In this document: positions 1 to 12,660 of the stretch, piece by piece
Numbering within the stretch: position 1 is the stretch's first letter
Layout of the letters: each line of letters starts with the position of its first letter
Assembly (NCBI GenBank): GCA_013239625.1
Contig: MU053810.1
Location: forward strand, 5,302,071 to 5,366,070
DNA from: Lama guanicoe
Lineage: Eukaryota
Direction: 5' to 3'
Length of the DNA stretch: 64,000 nt
The notes under the pieces: model-generated
What the model was told of the DNA's origin: nothing
Databases searched by the model: none
What the model saw: only the letters and a program-made list of their open reading frames with translations
Program-made: the position numbers and the translations under genes

Positions 1-1607
1 ACCCTGGCAGTACTGTTTTTTTCAGCAGCTTGGATAAGAGAGACTTTATTTTTAATGATATGACTTACTATTTAAAGAATAAATTAATTCATTTTGAAGA
101 GCATTAAGTAGGTTACTCCAAGGAAAGGTTTATTTTAGATCTGAAACAAGTTTCAAACCTTTAGGCATTTTTCCTAAGGTTTGAAATCCTGCAAAACTGT
201 TTCCATAGCAACAAGCCCATAGAAATCTCAAGGGGCCATTACTATGGCTATAACTGGAGATGTCCCTAGAATTGGAATAACTGGACCACTGCCCAGGATC
301 CAATATGTTAATTGCACCCAATCTGATAGTGGAGGAGTTGTAACTCAGAGAGGTAGGTACAGGAGAAGGAACTGCCTACCAGTTCATTCCAAAACAAAAT
401 AAAACAAATTTCCAGGGCCCCCTCCATGTACATCAAGGCAAATTAGTTGAGAATATACCTTAATTTCCAGCCTCATTTCTCCACCAATCTTTCTTACTAC
501 ATAGATCTCTGGGTTGCTTCCTCTTTATTCTGCACTTGTTTTATTTTGGGGGGAAGATGATCTTATAAAACTTCTTTTCACTTGTGTAATAATGGGAGAG
601 GAGACAGCAAGATTGAAGAGCAGTCACTTAGAGCAATTTGCTTATCTACCCGCTTCTGGAAAACACCTTCTCCAGTCAATACCACAGCCAGCCTTTCACC
701 TGGAGCATTTTCCAATTTCCAATTAATCTTCTTTGTATGAAAGGCAGGGTAAAGAGTTTTTGAATTTGAACTTAAGATCCGCTGCTTTGAAAATATACTC
801 AAACACATAAAAATGAGATCCACCTATTAAACCCACTCAATAAGTAGGATCATTATTATCCAGATGAAGGGCATCCATTGACTTCCCTAGAATTATTTTA
901 GTTCAGTAAATAAGACAGCTTCAAGAAAGTGAATTGGGTAAAAAGATCATAAATTGTCAAGGGCCACCTTCCTAGCTAGTTTTCTCATCTTTTGAAAAAT
1001 CTATAATATTAAGCTAAAATTGAATCCTACACATTTAAGATATTGATTCTACCCTCTGCTCCCCATAATTCTTTCTTTATCTTCCAACTTAGAGCATTGG
1101 ATTGAGTCTTTCTTTCTTAGAGAAATCTAGATAAATCCAGTGCAGTTCAGTCAATAATCTGCAATCACCAAGTTAACTCTGGTAAGTGAGTTCTTTATCC
1201 AAAACACTAGTGAGCTCTCCTTTCTTTGAAGTTTGGCAATAGCTAGGAGTAATGCCCTTTAAACCATATCCATCTGTAGAAAGGTGATAGTTTGTCTGAA
1301 AAGACATATAAAATAATCTCAATATGCATACTTGCTTTCAACAAATACTGTACTTGAAATCAATGAGTGTAACTGACATCATTCAAACAGTCTTTTGCTG
1401 TGAACAAAATGACAAGCATTTTAAAACCATTTCAGGCAGAAAAATGAATATAATTTAATATTCACAATTATTTCTTCACAAAAGCAAGAAGGGTGAATCA
1501 TTCTTACCAACAATTTTGAAAGATTTCTATTCTCTTTCTGTGAAAATCAGTCAAACCCCACACTTTGATATTTTCTACTAAGAAAAATGATTAATAGGCC
1601 CAACTTT

Positions 1608-2495
1608 TTTTTCATTTTTTATTGAAATATAATTAATTTTCAATGTTTCAGGTGTACAGTAAAGTGATTCAGTTATACACACACACACACATATATATAT
1701 ATTCTTTTTCAGATTTTTTTCCATTATAAGTTATTACAAGATATTGAACATAGCTCCCTGTGCTATATAGTAGGACCCTGTTGGTTATCTATTTTATATA
1801 TGTTAATCCCAAGCTCCCAATTTATCCCTCCCCTCACTTTCCCCTTTGGTAACCATAAATTTGTTTCCTATGTCTGTGAACCTCTTTCTATTTTGTAAAA
1901 AAGTTCATTGGTATCATCTTTTCAGATTCCATGTATAAGTGATATCATATGATATTTATCTTTTCTATCTGACTTACTTCACTTAGTATGAGTATCTCTA
2001 GGTCCATCCATGTTACTGCAAATGTCATTATTTCATTCCTTTTTATAACTGAGTAATACTCCATTGTATAAATATACCACATCTTCTTTAACTATTCATC
2101 TGTCAGTGGGCATTTAGGGTGTTTCCATGTCTTGGCTATTGTAAGTAGTGCTGCTATGAACATTGGGGTGCATGTATCTTTCTCAATTAGGATTTCTCGA
2201 TGTCTGCCCAAGAGTGGAATTGCTTGATCATATGGTAACTCTATTTTTAGTTTTTTGAGAATCTCCATACTGTTTTTTATCACGGCCGCTCCAATTTACA
2301 TTCCCACCAGTGAAGAAGGGTTCCCTTTTCTCCGCATTGTCTCCAGCATTTATTATATGTAGACTTTGATGATGGCTTTTCTGATTGGTGTGAGGTGATG
2401 TCTTATTGTAGTTTTGATTTGCATTTCTCTAATAATTAGTGAGTTTGAGCATCTTTTTCTGTGCCTGTTGGCCATCTGTATGTCTTCTTTGGAAA
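1608..2495 (-). mobile_element. 5'-truncated LINE-1 (artiodactyl/camelid-type 3'UTR plus ORF2 C-terminus) with TSD
   Basis: Poly-T tail at ~1604-1620. ORF 2092-2283 reads ELPYDQAIPLLG...[19 protein letters not shown] (L1 ORF2 C-terminus). TSD taata[g/t]gcccaacttt at 1592-1607 and 2501-2516. Confidence 0.95.
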
Positions 2496-3239
2496 TAGGC
2501 TAATATGCCCAACTTTGATGAATGCTCAGCCCTGTAATTTTAAAAAACTGACCACCAGAAATGTTTGTATCTTCTGCTCCTCGTATTTCTTTACTTCTAG
2601 CTAGTCTCTCAAACAATGTGTGCACATGCATACACACACACACATGCACACACACACATCTTCCAAAGTAATCCATTTCTTAGGAAATTACTATTGCTGG
2701 CTAATTATTCTCTTTGCTGAGCTACACAATTAAAAATTTGTCTAACTGAATCACTTTCCCTAAGGAAAATGGAGAAGTGAATTTTAAAAAAAGTTAAAAG
2801 CAGGTTAACATCTTTGCCTCTCCAAATTGTGTGCAACAGTGATGTGGTCTTTGTCTTATAACTCAGTTTTCAAAAGAGAAATTTTCATCTATCTTCTGTT
2901 GCAAACTGCTTAGTGAATTCCCTTGGGATACCCTTGAGATATTGCCCTTAATATCCTGTACTGAAATATTTAACAAATAAAAATACCTAATGCCCTTTTT
3001 TTAATAACCTTGAGATAAGCCTCCTGTTTCGTGATCTCAGATCCACTGAGAGCTGTGGTTCTTGCTTTCTTGCTTGATAAGGAAAGTTAAAACTGCTGTA
3101 TTAAGTTGTTTTATCAACATAGCCACTAATTTAAAAAGACCCAACTTCAAAACAGGGCTCATGTCAATGGGAACAAATCTCCGAGTTTCAGGATATTGTT
3201 GGGTCAACATAGTAATTTGTGTTGAGGGCACTGGTTTTC

Positions 3240-3366
3240 TTCATGAAGGCTCTGGCCTCATGAACTCAGCTAATCCTAATTACATCCCCAAAGCCTTAGC
3301 TCCTAATACCATCACATGTAGGGGTAGGGTTTCAACATGTGGATTTTCAGGACACAAAATCATTCA
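3240..3366 (-). mobile_element. MaLR LTR fragment (MLT1/MST-like)
   Basis: ctcatga...ctaattacatccca...aataccatcacat..gggtagggtttcaacatgtggatttt motif typical of MaLR LTR ends. Confidence 0.7.
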
Positions 3367-3567
3367 CATTTATGCTCTGATACTTTGAGTCCTAAACATA
3401 ACCCAGAACTTCATGTTTCTCAGTACAAAATGAGTGTAATGAATCCTTATTAAATGACATCTCTTCCTACTATATATTTTCTTAGATGTAATCTGAATGC
3501 TAAATATTGTAATACAATAAGCTAAACAGCTAAGGAATTAACCAAAGCACAGCTTTTGAAACCTTAG

Positions 3568-3606
3568 AGAGAGTGAGAGAGAGAATGTGTGTGTGTGTGT
3601 GTGTGT
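3568..3606 (+). repeat. (GA)n(GT)n microsatellite at an L1 tail
   Basis: Read directly from sequence. Confidence 0.9.
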
Positions 3607-5480
3607 TTATTGTGGTAAAATATTCATAACATAAAATTTGCCATTTTAACTATTTTTAGGTGTACAGTTCAATGGCATTAATTACATTCACACTGTTGTG
3701 CATCCAACATCACCATCCATCTCCAGAACTTTTTTTTTTTATCTTTTCAAACTGAAACTCCATGCTCATTAAATAATCATACCCCATTTTCCTCCTCCTC
3801 CAACCCCTGTAACTACCATTCTGCTTTCTGTCTCCATGACTCTGACTTCTGTAGGTACTCCACATTAGTGGGATCATGCAATATTTGTCTTTTTGTGACT
3901 GGCTTATTTCACTTCACACAATATCTTCAAGGCTCATCCATGTCATAGCATGTGTCAGGACTTCGTTTTTAGTGCTGAATAATATTCCATTGTATGTGTA
4001 TCACATTCTGTTTATCTGTTTATCTACCAGTAGACACTTGGATTGCTTTCACCTTTTTGTGTATTGTGAATAATGCTGCTATGAACGTGGGTGTATAAAT
4101 ATCTGTTGGAGTCTTTGCTTCAATTCTTCTGTGTATATATCCAGAAATGGAGTTGCTAATCATATAATAATTCTATTTTCAATTATTTGAGAAACTACTA
4201 TACCATTTTCCATAGTATCTGCACCATTTCACGTCTCCACCAACAGTGCTGCAGAGTTCGTTTCTCTACATCCTCACTGACACTTGCTATTTTCTGTTAT
4301 TTTGATAGTAGCAATCCTAATGGATGTGAAGTGATATCTCATCATGGTTTTCATTTGCATTATGAGGATTAGTGATGTTAAGCATCTTTTCATGCACTTA
4401 TTGGCCATTTGTATATCTTCTTTAGAAAAATAAACATGTCTATTTAAGTCCTTTGCTCATTTTTTCATTTTTTTTTTATTGTGAGTTGTAGGAGTTCTTT
4501 ATATATTCTGGATATTAAGCCCTTGTCAGATATATGACTTGCAAATATTTTCTCCCATTCCATGGGTTGCCTTTTCACTCTGTTCATAAAGTCCTTTGTT
4601 GCAGAAAAGTTTTAAAGTTTGATCAAGTCAAATTTAAGTATGTTTTCCCTTTGTCACCTGAGCTTTTTGTGACATACCCAAGAGATCACTACCAAATTCA
4701 ATGTCATGAGGATTTCCCCCTATGTTTCCTTCTAATTGTTTTATACTTCTAGTTCTTACATTTAGGTGTGATTCATTTAGAGTTAATTTTTGTATATGGT
4801 GTAACGTAAGAGTCCAACTTCATTCTTTTGCTTGTGGATATCCAGTTTTCTCCATTTATTGAAAGGACTATTCTTGCCCTATTGAATTGTCTTGGCATTC
4901 TTGTTAAAAGCCAATTGCTTGTGTATGTAAGAATTTATTTCTGGCCTCTATTGTATGCCACTGGTCTAAATATCTGTCATTATAACAAGACCATATTCTT
5001 TTGATTATCATAGCTTTGTAGTAAATTTTGAAATTAGGAAGTGTGAGCCCTCCAGATTTGTTCTTTTTCAAGACTGTTTTTACTGTTTGGAGTCCCTTGA
5101 GATTTATATGAATTTTAGCATAGATTTTTCTATTTCTGCAAAAAAAAAGTCATTAGGATTTTGATGAGGATTGCATCAAATCTGTAGATTACTTTACGTA
5201 GTTGTGATACTTTAATAATATTAAGTCTTCCTATCCATGAACATGGGATGTCATTCCCTTTATTTGTGCCTTTTTGGTTAAGATTATTCCTAAGTATTTT
5301 ATTCTTTTTGATACTATTGCAGATGGAAATATTTTCTTTTTTTATTTTTATTTTTTAATGGAAATATTTTCTTAACACTTCCTTTTCAGAGTGTTCATTG
5401 TTCGGATATAGAAACACAATTTTTTTTTTGTATCTTGATTTTGTATTTCATAACTTTGCTGAATTTTTCAATTGTATTTT
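3606..5480 (-). mobile_element. Old LINE-1 (L1MA/L1MB-like 3' end and ORF2)
   Basis: tttattgtggtaaaatat..cataacataaaatttgccattttaac 3' terminus followed by degenerate antisense ORF2 sequence. Confidence 0.9.
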
Positions 5481-7029
5481 AACATCCTGAGAGTTAAAAA
5501 AAATATTAGTACTGGGTAACAAATTTTTGTCCATAAGGACATGTATTATAAGCAGTAATTTTTTAATGTAATACTATAGTGAATAAGATTGTGTAAGTTA
5601 AAAACATTTACAAGACAAAAGGATTCCATCATTAATCACATAAACCCATTTCTCTTCTTTTGTTTTTCAGTGCATTGGAAACAGAAATCTGTTGCAATTC
5701 TATCCACTATTTTCTCTTCTTCCTCAATTTTAAATTGTATGAATAGATAAACCTATTGATGAAAATAAGTAAATAAATCTCTATTATTTTTCAAAGTCAG
5801 AAGGGATGATATTTTCTTAAATTCTTAATGAAGACTGAATGACAAATTTGATTCTCTTGTGATTTTTCATTCACTATAGCAACTTCCCAGGTGTTTTCGT
5901 AAAGTCTGTGACAGTGAATGCCAAATACAACCTTGTTTGCCCATCAGGACTAACATAGGTTGTTTACAATGTATCTAAAGTTTATTGAATGCATGAGATG
6001 ATCCCTGCTATGAAAAGCCTGCCCACTTATGTTGTCAACAATCTGGAGGAAAAGCAAAAAGGCATTGTGATTGTATCTGTGGTGGAATATTCACTAAAAC
6101 GAGTAAGTTGGTCAGACAACACATGGCAGAAGAAAGACAAACAAAAGTCAGCCCATCTATTTCTTGGATTCATAAAGGCCAAATAGTCTTTCTACTCTAC
6201 CAGTTTTTCAGCAAGTTGTGATCTCATGGATGACATCTTTTGAAAATTTTCTCAGAGACAGTGCATAGATTAAAAGTTGTACAGACCGAGTGTTAAGTTT
6301 TGCAAGCACTGGATAGACTTTTGGGTCATTCACAACTGTAATAAATCTACCTACCTATCTATTTAACAGAAGAACTCCTACATGTCTCTTTGTAGTAATT
6401 TCTTAGATAACATGTTATAATTGAATAATCATCAAATGACCCTTCAAAAGTCAAAAAAAACTAACTGAAAAATTAACATTGTTGTAAATATGTGGATGAG
6501 TGAATATTCAAAAGTTAATTTTTTTTCATATGTTTAACAATATTGAGATGTTCCAGTGGCTCTTCATAGCTGTGATAACCATTTTTAAAAACTCTAGTTG
6601 TATTAGATAATAAGACTATAGAAAATAGTTGGAAAAAGTCTTCCCATCCTGAGTATAAATAAAAGGCTTTGAAACGGCTGTGTCTACTTTGGCTGTAGCC
6701 ACCAAACAGTCCAGTAACTCAAAATATCCCTTAGCTTTCCTTACTTCTCCTTTTTCCCACCTATATTTTCATATTTAGAGCTATAGGAATGTGTAAGTGG
6801 AATAGAAGAAATATCATTAGATTTGTAATCAATACCAGAAGATCCATAACCATTAAATTCTTTCTTTCTTTCAGTAAGCCTGTAGTTTGTGCTGAGTACT
6901 TCTTTAATTTTCATTGGCCTTACATAATAAAAAAAATTTTTTGTCTGCACCGTCTACAATGGTGGCCACATCCATATGACTGTCCTGTCAAATGCCTGAA
7001 ATGTGCTTAGTGTAACTGGGAAATGGGTT

Positions 7030-10000
7030 TTTTTTAAATTAGTAATCTTTATTTTTTAGCGCAATTTTTGGTTCATGGTAAAATTGAGTGCAAAGTACAG
7101 AGAATTCCCATCTGACCCACACATGTACATCTTCCCCCACTATGTAATCCTGCACCATAATAATATGTTTGTTACAACTGATGAAACTACACTGACACAT
7201 CATTATCACCCAGAGTCCATGGTTTACGTTAGTGTTCATGCTTGGCGGTGTACATTCTGTGGGTTCTGACAAAAGACATGTGTTCCACCACTGCAGTATC
7301 ATACAGAATAGTTTTCCTGCCCTAAAAATCCTCTGTGATCTGCCTTTTCATCACTCCCTTTCAATTAACTCCTGGCAACCACTACTTTTTATTGTTTCCA
7401 TAGTTTTGCCTTTTCCAGAATGTCATAGAGTTGGAATCATAAAGTATGGTACCTTTTCAGATTGGTTTCTTTCACTTAGTAATATGCACATCTTGATAGT
7501 TCATTTCTTTTTAATATTGAATAATATTCCACTTTCTGGAAGTGCTACCTGTCTATCCACTTACTGAAGGATATCTTGGTTATTTCCAAGTTTTGGAAAT
7601 TATGAATAAAGCAGCTATAAACATCTGTGTGCAAGCTTTTCCGTTAACGTAAGTTTCCAATATATTTGGGTAAATACCAAGGGGTGTGATTTCTGGCTCT
7701 TATGATAAGATAATGTTTAGTTTTGCAAAACAAACAAACAAACAAATAAAAACTGCCAAATGTCTTCCAAAGTCGCTGAACCATTTTGCATTCCCATCAG
7801 CAATGAATGAGAGTTTCTATTGCTCCAGATTCTTGCCAGTTTTTGGTATTGTCAGTGTTTTGGATTTTGGCCATTCTAATAGGTGTGTAGAGGTATCTCA
7901 TTGCTGTTGTAATCTGAAATTCTCTACAGACATATGATGTTGAACATCCTTTTATATGCTTATTTGCCATCTTTATACCTTCTGCCTTTTTAGGGGGAAG
8001 TGTCTGTTTAAATCTTTTGCCGATTTTAAAAATTGGGTTGTTTGTTTTCTTATTGTTGAGTTTTAATTTGAACAGTCTTTAATCAAATATGTCTTTTGCA
8101 AATATTTTCTCCCAGTCTCTGGCTTATCTTTTCATTCTCTCGTTATTATACTTTGCAGAGCAGGAAATTTTAATTTTAATGAAGTTCTGCTTATCAGTGA
8201 TTTCTTTCATGGATCATGTCTCTGATGTTTTATCTAAAAAGGCATCACCATATTCAAGGTCATCTAGGTTTTAACCTGTGTTACCTTCTTGTAGTTTTAT
8301 AACTTTGTGTTTTCCATTTAAATCTGTAATCCATCTTGACTTCATTATTGTGAAAGTTATATGCTCTGTGTATAGACTTTTTTTTTTTTGCGAGTCATGT
8401 CCAATGGTTCCAACATCATTTGTTGAAAAGACTATCTTTGTTCTATTTTATTACTCTTGTTCCTCCATCAAAGATCAATTGATTGTATTTATTTGGATCT
8501 ATTGCTGGATACTCCACACTGCGCCACTGATCTATTTGACTGTTCTTTTGCCAATACCACACTGTCTTAATTATTGTAGCTTTATAGTAAGTCTTGAAGT
8601 TGGGTAGTATGAAATTCTCCAACTTTATTCTTCTCCTTCAATATTGTGTTGGCTATTCTGTGTCTTTTGCCTCTCCATATAAACTTTAAAATCAATTTAG
8701 CAATATCCAAAAGATAACTTGCTGGGATTTCTTAAATTGGGATCGTGCATTGAATTTATAGGTCAAGTTGTGAAGAACAGACATCTTGACAGTATCAAGT
8801 CTTTCTATCCATAAAGATGGAGTGTCTGTCCATTTATTCAGTTTTTCCTTGGCACCTTTTATTTGAGTTTCATAGTTTTCCTCATATAGATCTTGCACAT
8901 ATTTTGTTAGATTTATACCTAAGTATTTCATTTTTAGGTGCTAATATAAGTGGTAATGTGTTTTTAATTCAAATTCCACTTGTTCATTCCTGGTAAATAG
9001 AAAAACAATTGACTTTTATATATTGACCTTGTATCCTGCAACCTTGATGTAAGTATTTATTGGTTCCAGGAGATTTGTTGTTGATTCTTCTGGATCTTCT
9101 ACCTAGATCATCACATCAACCACAAATAAAAACAGTTTTATTTCTTCTTTCCCCATCTGTATACCTTTTATTTTCTTTTCTTCTCTTATTGCATCCACTA
9201 GGACCTCCAATACAATGTTGAAAAGCAGTTGTGGGAGGAAACACTATTGCTTTGTGCCTGATCTTAGCAGGAAAGCTTTAAGTTTCTCACCTTTGAGTAG
9301 GATGTTAGCTGTTGGCTTTTTATAGATACTCATTATGAATTTGAAGACGTTTTCCTCTATTCCTAGTTTACTGGGAGTTTTTTTTTTATGAATGAGTGTT
9401 GAATTTGGTCAATGTTTTTATGCATCTGTAGATGTGATCATGTGATTTTTCTTTAGCCAGTTGATATTGTAATGTAAATTACGTTCATTGATTTTTGAAT
9501 GTTGAACCAGCCTTGTACGCTTCAAATAAATCCTACTTTGTCATGGTATAGAATTCTTACACGTTGTTGGATTTGATTTGCTAATATTTTGTTGAGGATT
9601 TTTCATCTCTATTCATGAGAAATATTGGTCTGTAGTTTTCTTTTCTTGTAATGTCTCTGTCTGGTTTGGTATTAAGACAATGCTGGCCCCTTAGAATGAA
9701 TTAGAAAGTACTTCCTCTACTTCTTTCTTCTGGAAGAGATTATAGAGAACTGACTTAATTTCTTCATTAAATATTTGATAGAATTAACCAGTGAACACAT
9801 CTGGACCTGGTGCTTTGTAAGGTTATTAGTTATTGATTCAATTTCTTTAATAGAAATAGGCCTATTCAGATGGTCTATTTCATATTTTAGTTTTGGCAGA
9901 TTGTGTCTTTCAAGGAATTTGTATATTTTGTCTAGGTTATCAAATTTGTGGGCATAGAATTATTCATAATATTCTTTTATTACCCTTTTATTGTCCATGG

Positions 10001-11530
10001 ATTGTTTGTGATGTCCCCTCTTTCATTTCTGATATTAGTAATGTGTGTCTTCTGTCTGTATTTCTTGGTTAGCCTTATAGAGGTTTATCTGTTTTATTGC
10101 TTTTTTCATGGAATCAACCTTTATTTTTCTCTATTGATTTCCTATTTTCAATTTCATTGATTTCTGTTCTAATTTTTATTATTTCTTTTCTCCTTACTTT
10201 GGATTTAATTTTCTGTTCTTCTAGTTTCCTAAGTTGGAAGCTTATATTACTGATTTTAGATCTTTCTTTTTGTTTTCCTAATATATGCATTCAATTCTCT
10301 AAGTTTCCCTGTACTCACAGAATCCCACTAATTTTGATAGATTGTATTTTCATTTTCATCTAGTTCAAAATATTAATTTCTCTTGGTATTTCTTCTTTGA
10401 CTCATGTTATTTAGAACTGTGTTGTTCGGTCTTCAGTATTTTGGGATTTTCCAGCTATTTTTTTCTGTCATTAACTTCTAGTTTAATTCCACTGTGATCT
10501 GAGATCAGACATTGCATGATTCCTATTAAGCTTTATGTTCCAGAGTTTGGTCTATCTTGGTGAACGTAGCATGTGAGCTTAAGAACAATGTGTGTTCTGC
10601 TGTTTTTGGATGAAGTCGTCTATACATGTTAATTTTATCCAGTTGATGGATGGTGCTGTTAAGTGCCACTGTGATCGTATTACTGTTCTGCCTCCTGGAT
10701 CTGTCCATTTCTGATAGAGGGGTGTTAAAGTCTCCAAATGCAATAGTGGCTCCATCTAGTTCTTCTTTTGGTTTTATCAGTTTTTGCCTCACACATTTTG
10801 ATAGTCTGTTGTCAGGCATATACACATTAAAGATTGCTATGTCTTCTTGGAATATTGACTTTTTTTTTCTTTATTTATGTAATGCCCATCTTTATCCTTG
10901 ATAACTTTCGTTGCTCTGAAGTCTCTCTGTTCGAAATTAACATAGCTACTCTTGCTTTCTTTTGATTAGTAGTAACATGATGTATCTCCCCCCATCCCTT
11001 TACTTTTAATCTGTATGTGTCTTTGTATTTAGAGTGAGTTTCTTGTAGACAGTATACAGTTGAGCCTTGGTTTTTGATCCAGTCTGAAAATCTCTGTCTT
11101 TTAATGGGTATATTTTACCATTGACATTTAGAGTGATTGTTGATAAGGCTGCATTAATATCTCTATATTTGTTACTGTTTTCTAATTGTTTCCCTTGTTC
11201 TTTGTTGTCATTTTTGTCTTCTACACTTTTCTGCCTTTTGTGGTTTTAATTCAGCATTTTATATGATTCCACTTTCACTCATGTCTTAGCACATTAATTA
11301 TACTTCTTTTTTTCAGTTTTTTAAGTAGTTGCCCTAAAATTTTCAGTATACATTTACAACTAATCCAAATCCACTCTTAGATAACACTGTACTGCTTCAT
11401 GGGTAACATTAAATTCCTTATAATAAGAAAATATTTCTAAACCATCTGTCCCATCCCTTGTGTCACTACTGTTATTCCTTTCACTATTATATGAGCATAC
11501 ATATGTGCACACACATGCACACAAACATGC

Positions 11531-11564
<34 letters not shown>

Positions 11565-12660
11565 GTTCCTGGTCTGTTAATGCCAGATTTCCTGCTGTAC
11601 TGACTCTAGGTCTGATGCTTATTTGGTCTCTTGAAACTGCGTTTTGCCTTTTAGCATTCCTTGATATTTTTGTTGAAAAGATGACATGGTAAAAGGAAAA
11701 GGAACTGTGGTAAATAGGCCTTTAGTAATGTAATATGAGGCATGGAGGGGAGGGAAAGTGCTCTCTAGCCCTGTGATTAGGTCTCTGTCTGTTTTTTTTT
11801 TTTTTTAAGTATAGTCAGTTTACAATGTTGTGTCAATTTCTGGTGTACAGCATAATGTTTCAGTCATACATACACACACATAGATTCCTTTCATATTCTT
11901 TTTAATTATAAGTTACTGTGAGATATTGAACTTAGTTCCCTGTGCTATACAGTATAAACTTGGTGTTCATCTATTTTATATATAGCAGTTAGTATAATTA
12001 AATCTCTAGGTCTCCATCTTTTGGCGAGCCTGTGCACCTGGGCCATGGATTTCTTGTCCCCTCTCTGCTTAGATGGGATGGAATGGCGAGAGGGGGGCTA
12101 AGGTTGGGTATTTTCCTTCCTCAGGTAGATCAGGCTCTCCCCAAACCCCAGCGGGTTAGGCTCTGATAAGAGAGTTTCTCCTGAGGGCAGGCTTTGTTAA
12201 GGACAAGATACTCTGGCATATTTCAAAACGGCTCCTTTTATCCTCCTCCTGCTGGAAGCCTGAGGGGGGAGGTGGTTTTTCTGATATTCTCTATGAGAAT
12301 CTGGTAGGGCTCCAGGCAGAAAACTTCACAAAAGCATCAGGAAACCCCCAAGACTAGGTCTCCCTGAAGTTTTATCGCTTAGGCTAGTCTACACTGAGCC
12401 TCTAATGATTCATCAGTTATAGTTCAGGTGTCCCCACCCTGGCACTTATTCCCACAAACATTTCTGCTTGTGGTTTCTCCTCCAGTAAATTGTGGTTCTC
12501 TGTATTTTCTTGTCTTTCTCTCCAGTGTTTACGCCAGCACTTTCTTGCCCTGTGACCTCACTTCTTTGACATTTCTAAGAAGAGTGGTTGATTTTTGAGC
12601 TTTTCACTTGTAGTTGGGACAAATTGGTGACTTCTAATTGCCTTATGTGCCATACCAGAA
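7030..12660 (-). mobile_element. Long old LINE-1 (L1MC-like): 3'UTR, ORF2 RT and endonuclease remnants, 5' region
   Basis: ORF 8692-8931 MKYLGINLTKYVQDLYEENY (RT C-terminus). ORF 10526-10825 GDFNTPLSEMDRS (APE endonuclease). L1MC-type 3'UTR at 7030-7480; 11560-12660 resembles an L1M 5' region. Confidence 0.85.
11791..12006 (-). mobile_element. Short young L1 3' end nested in the older L1
   Basis: T-tail at 11792-11806 and camelid-type L1 3'UTR. TSD taggtctc[tg/ca]tct at 11778-11790 and 12007-12019. Confidence 0.9.

Noticed and set aside
5880..7000. Stop-poor minus-strand frames (e.g. ...VGRLFIAGIISCI...TVTDFTKTPGK) with faint resemblance to bornavirus nucleoprotein TTDFESPGK
   Set aside because: Motif spacing does not match and stop density is within chance for AT-rich DNA. 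A tBLASTx/HMM search would be needed to revive it.
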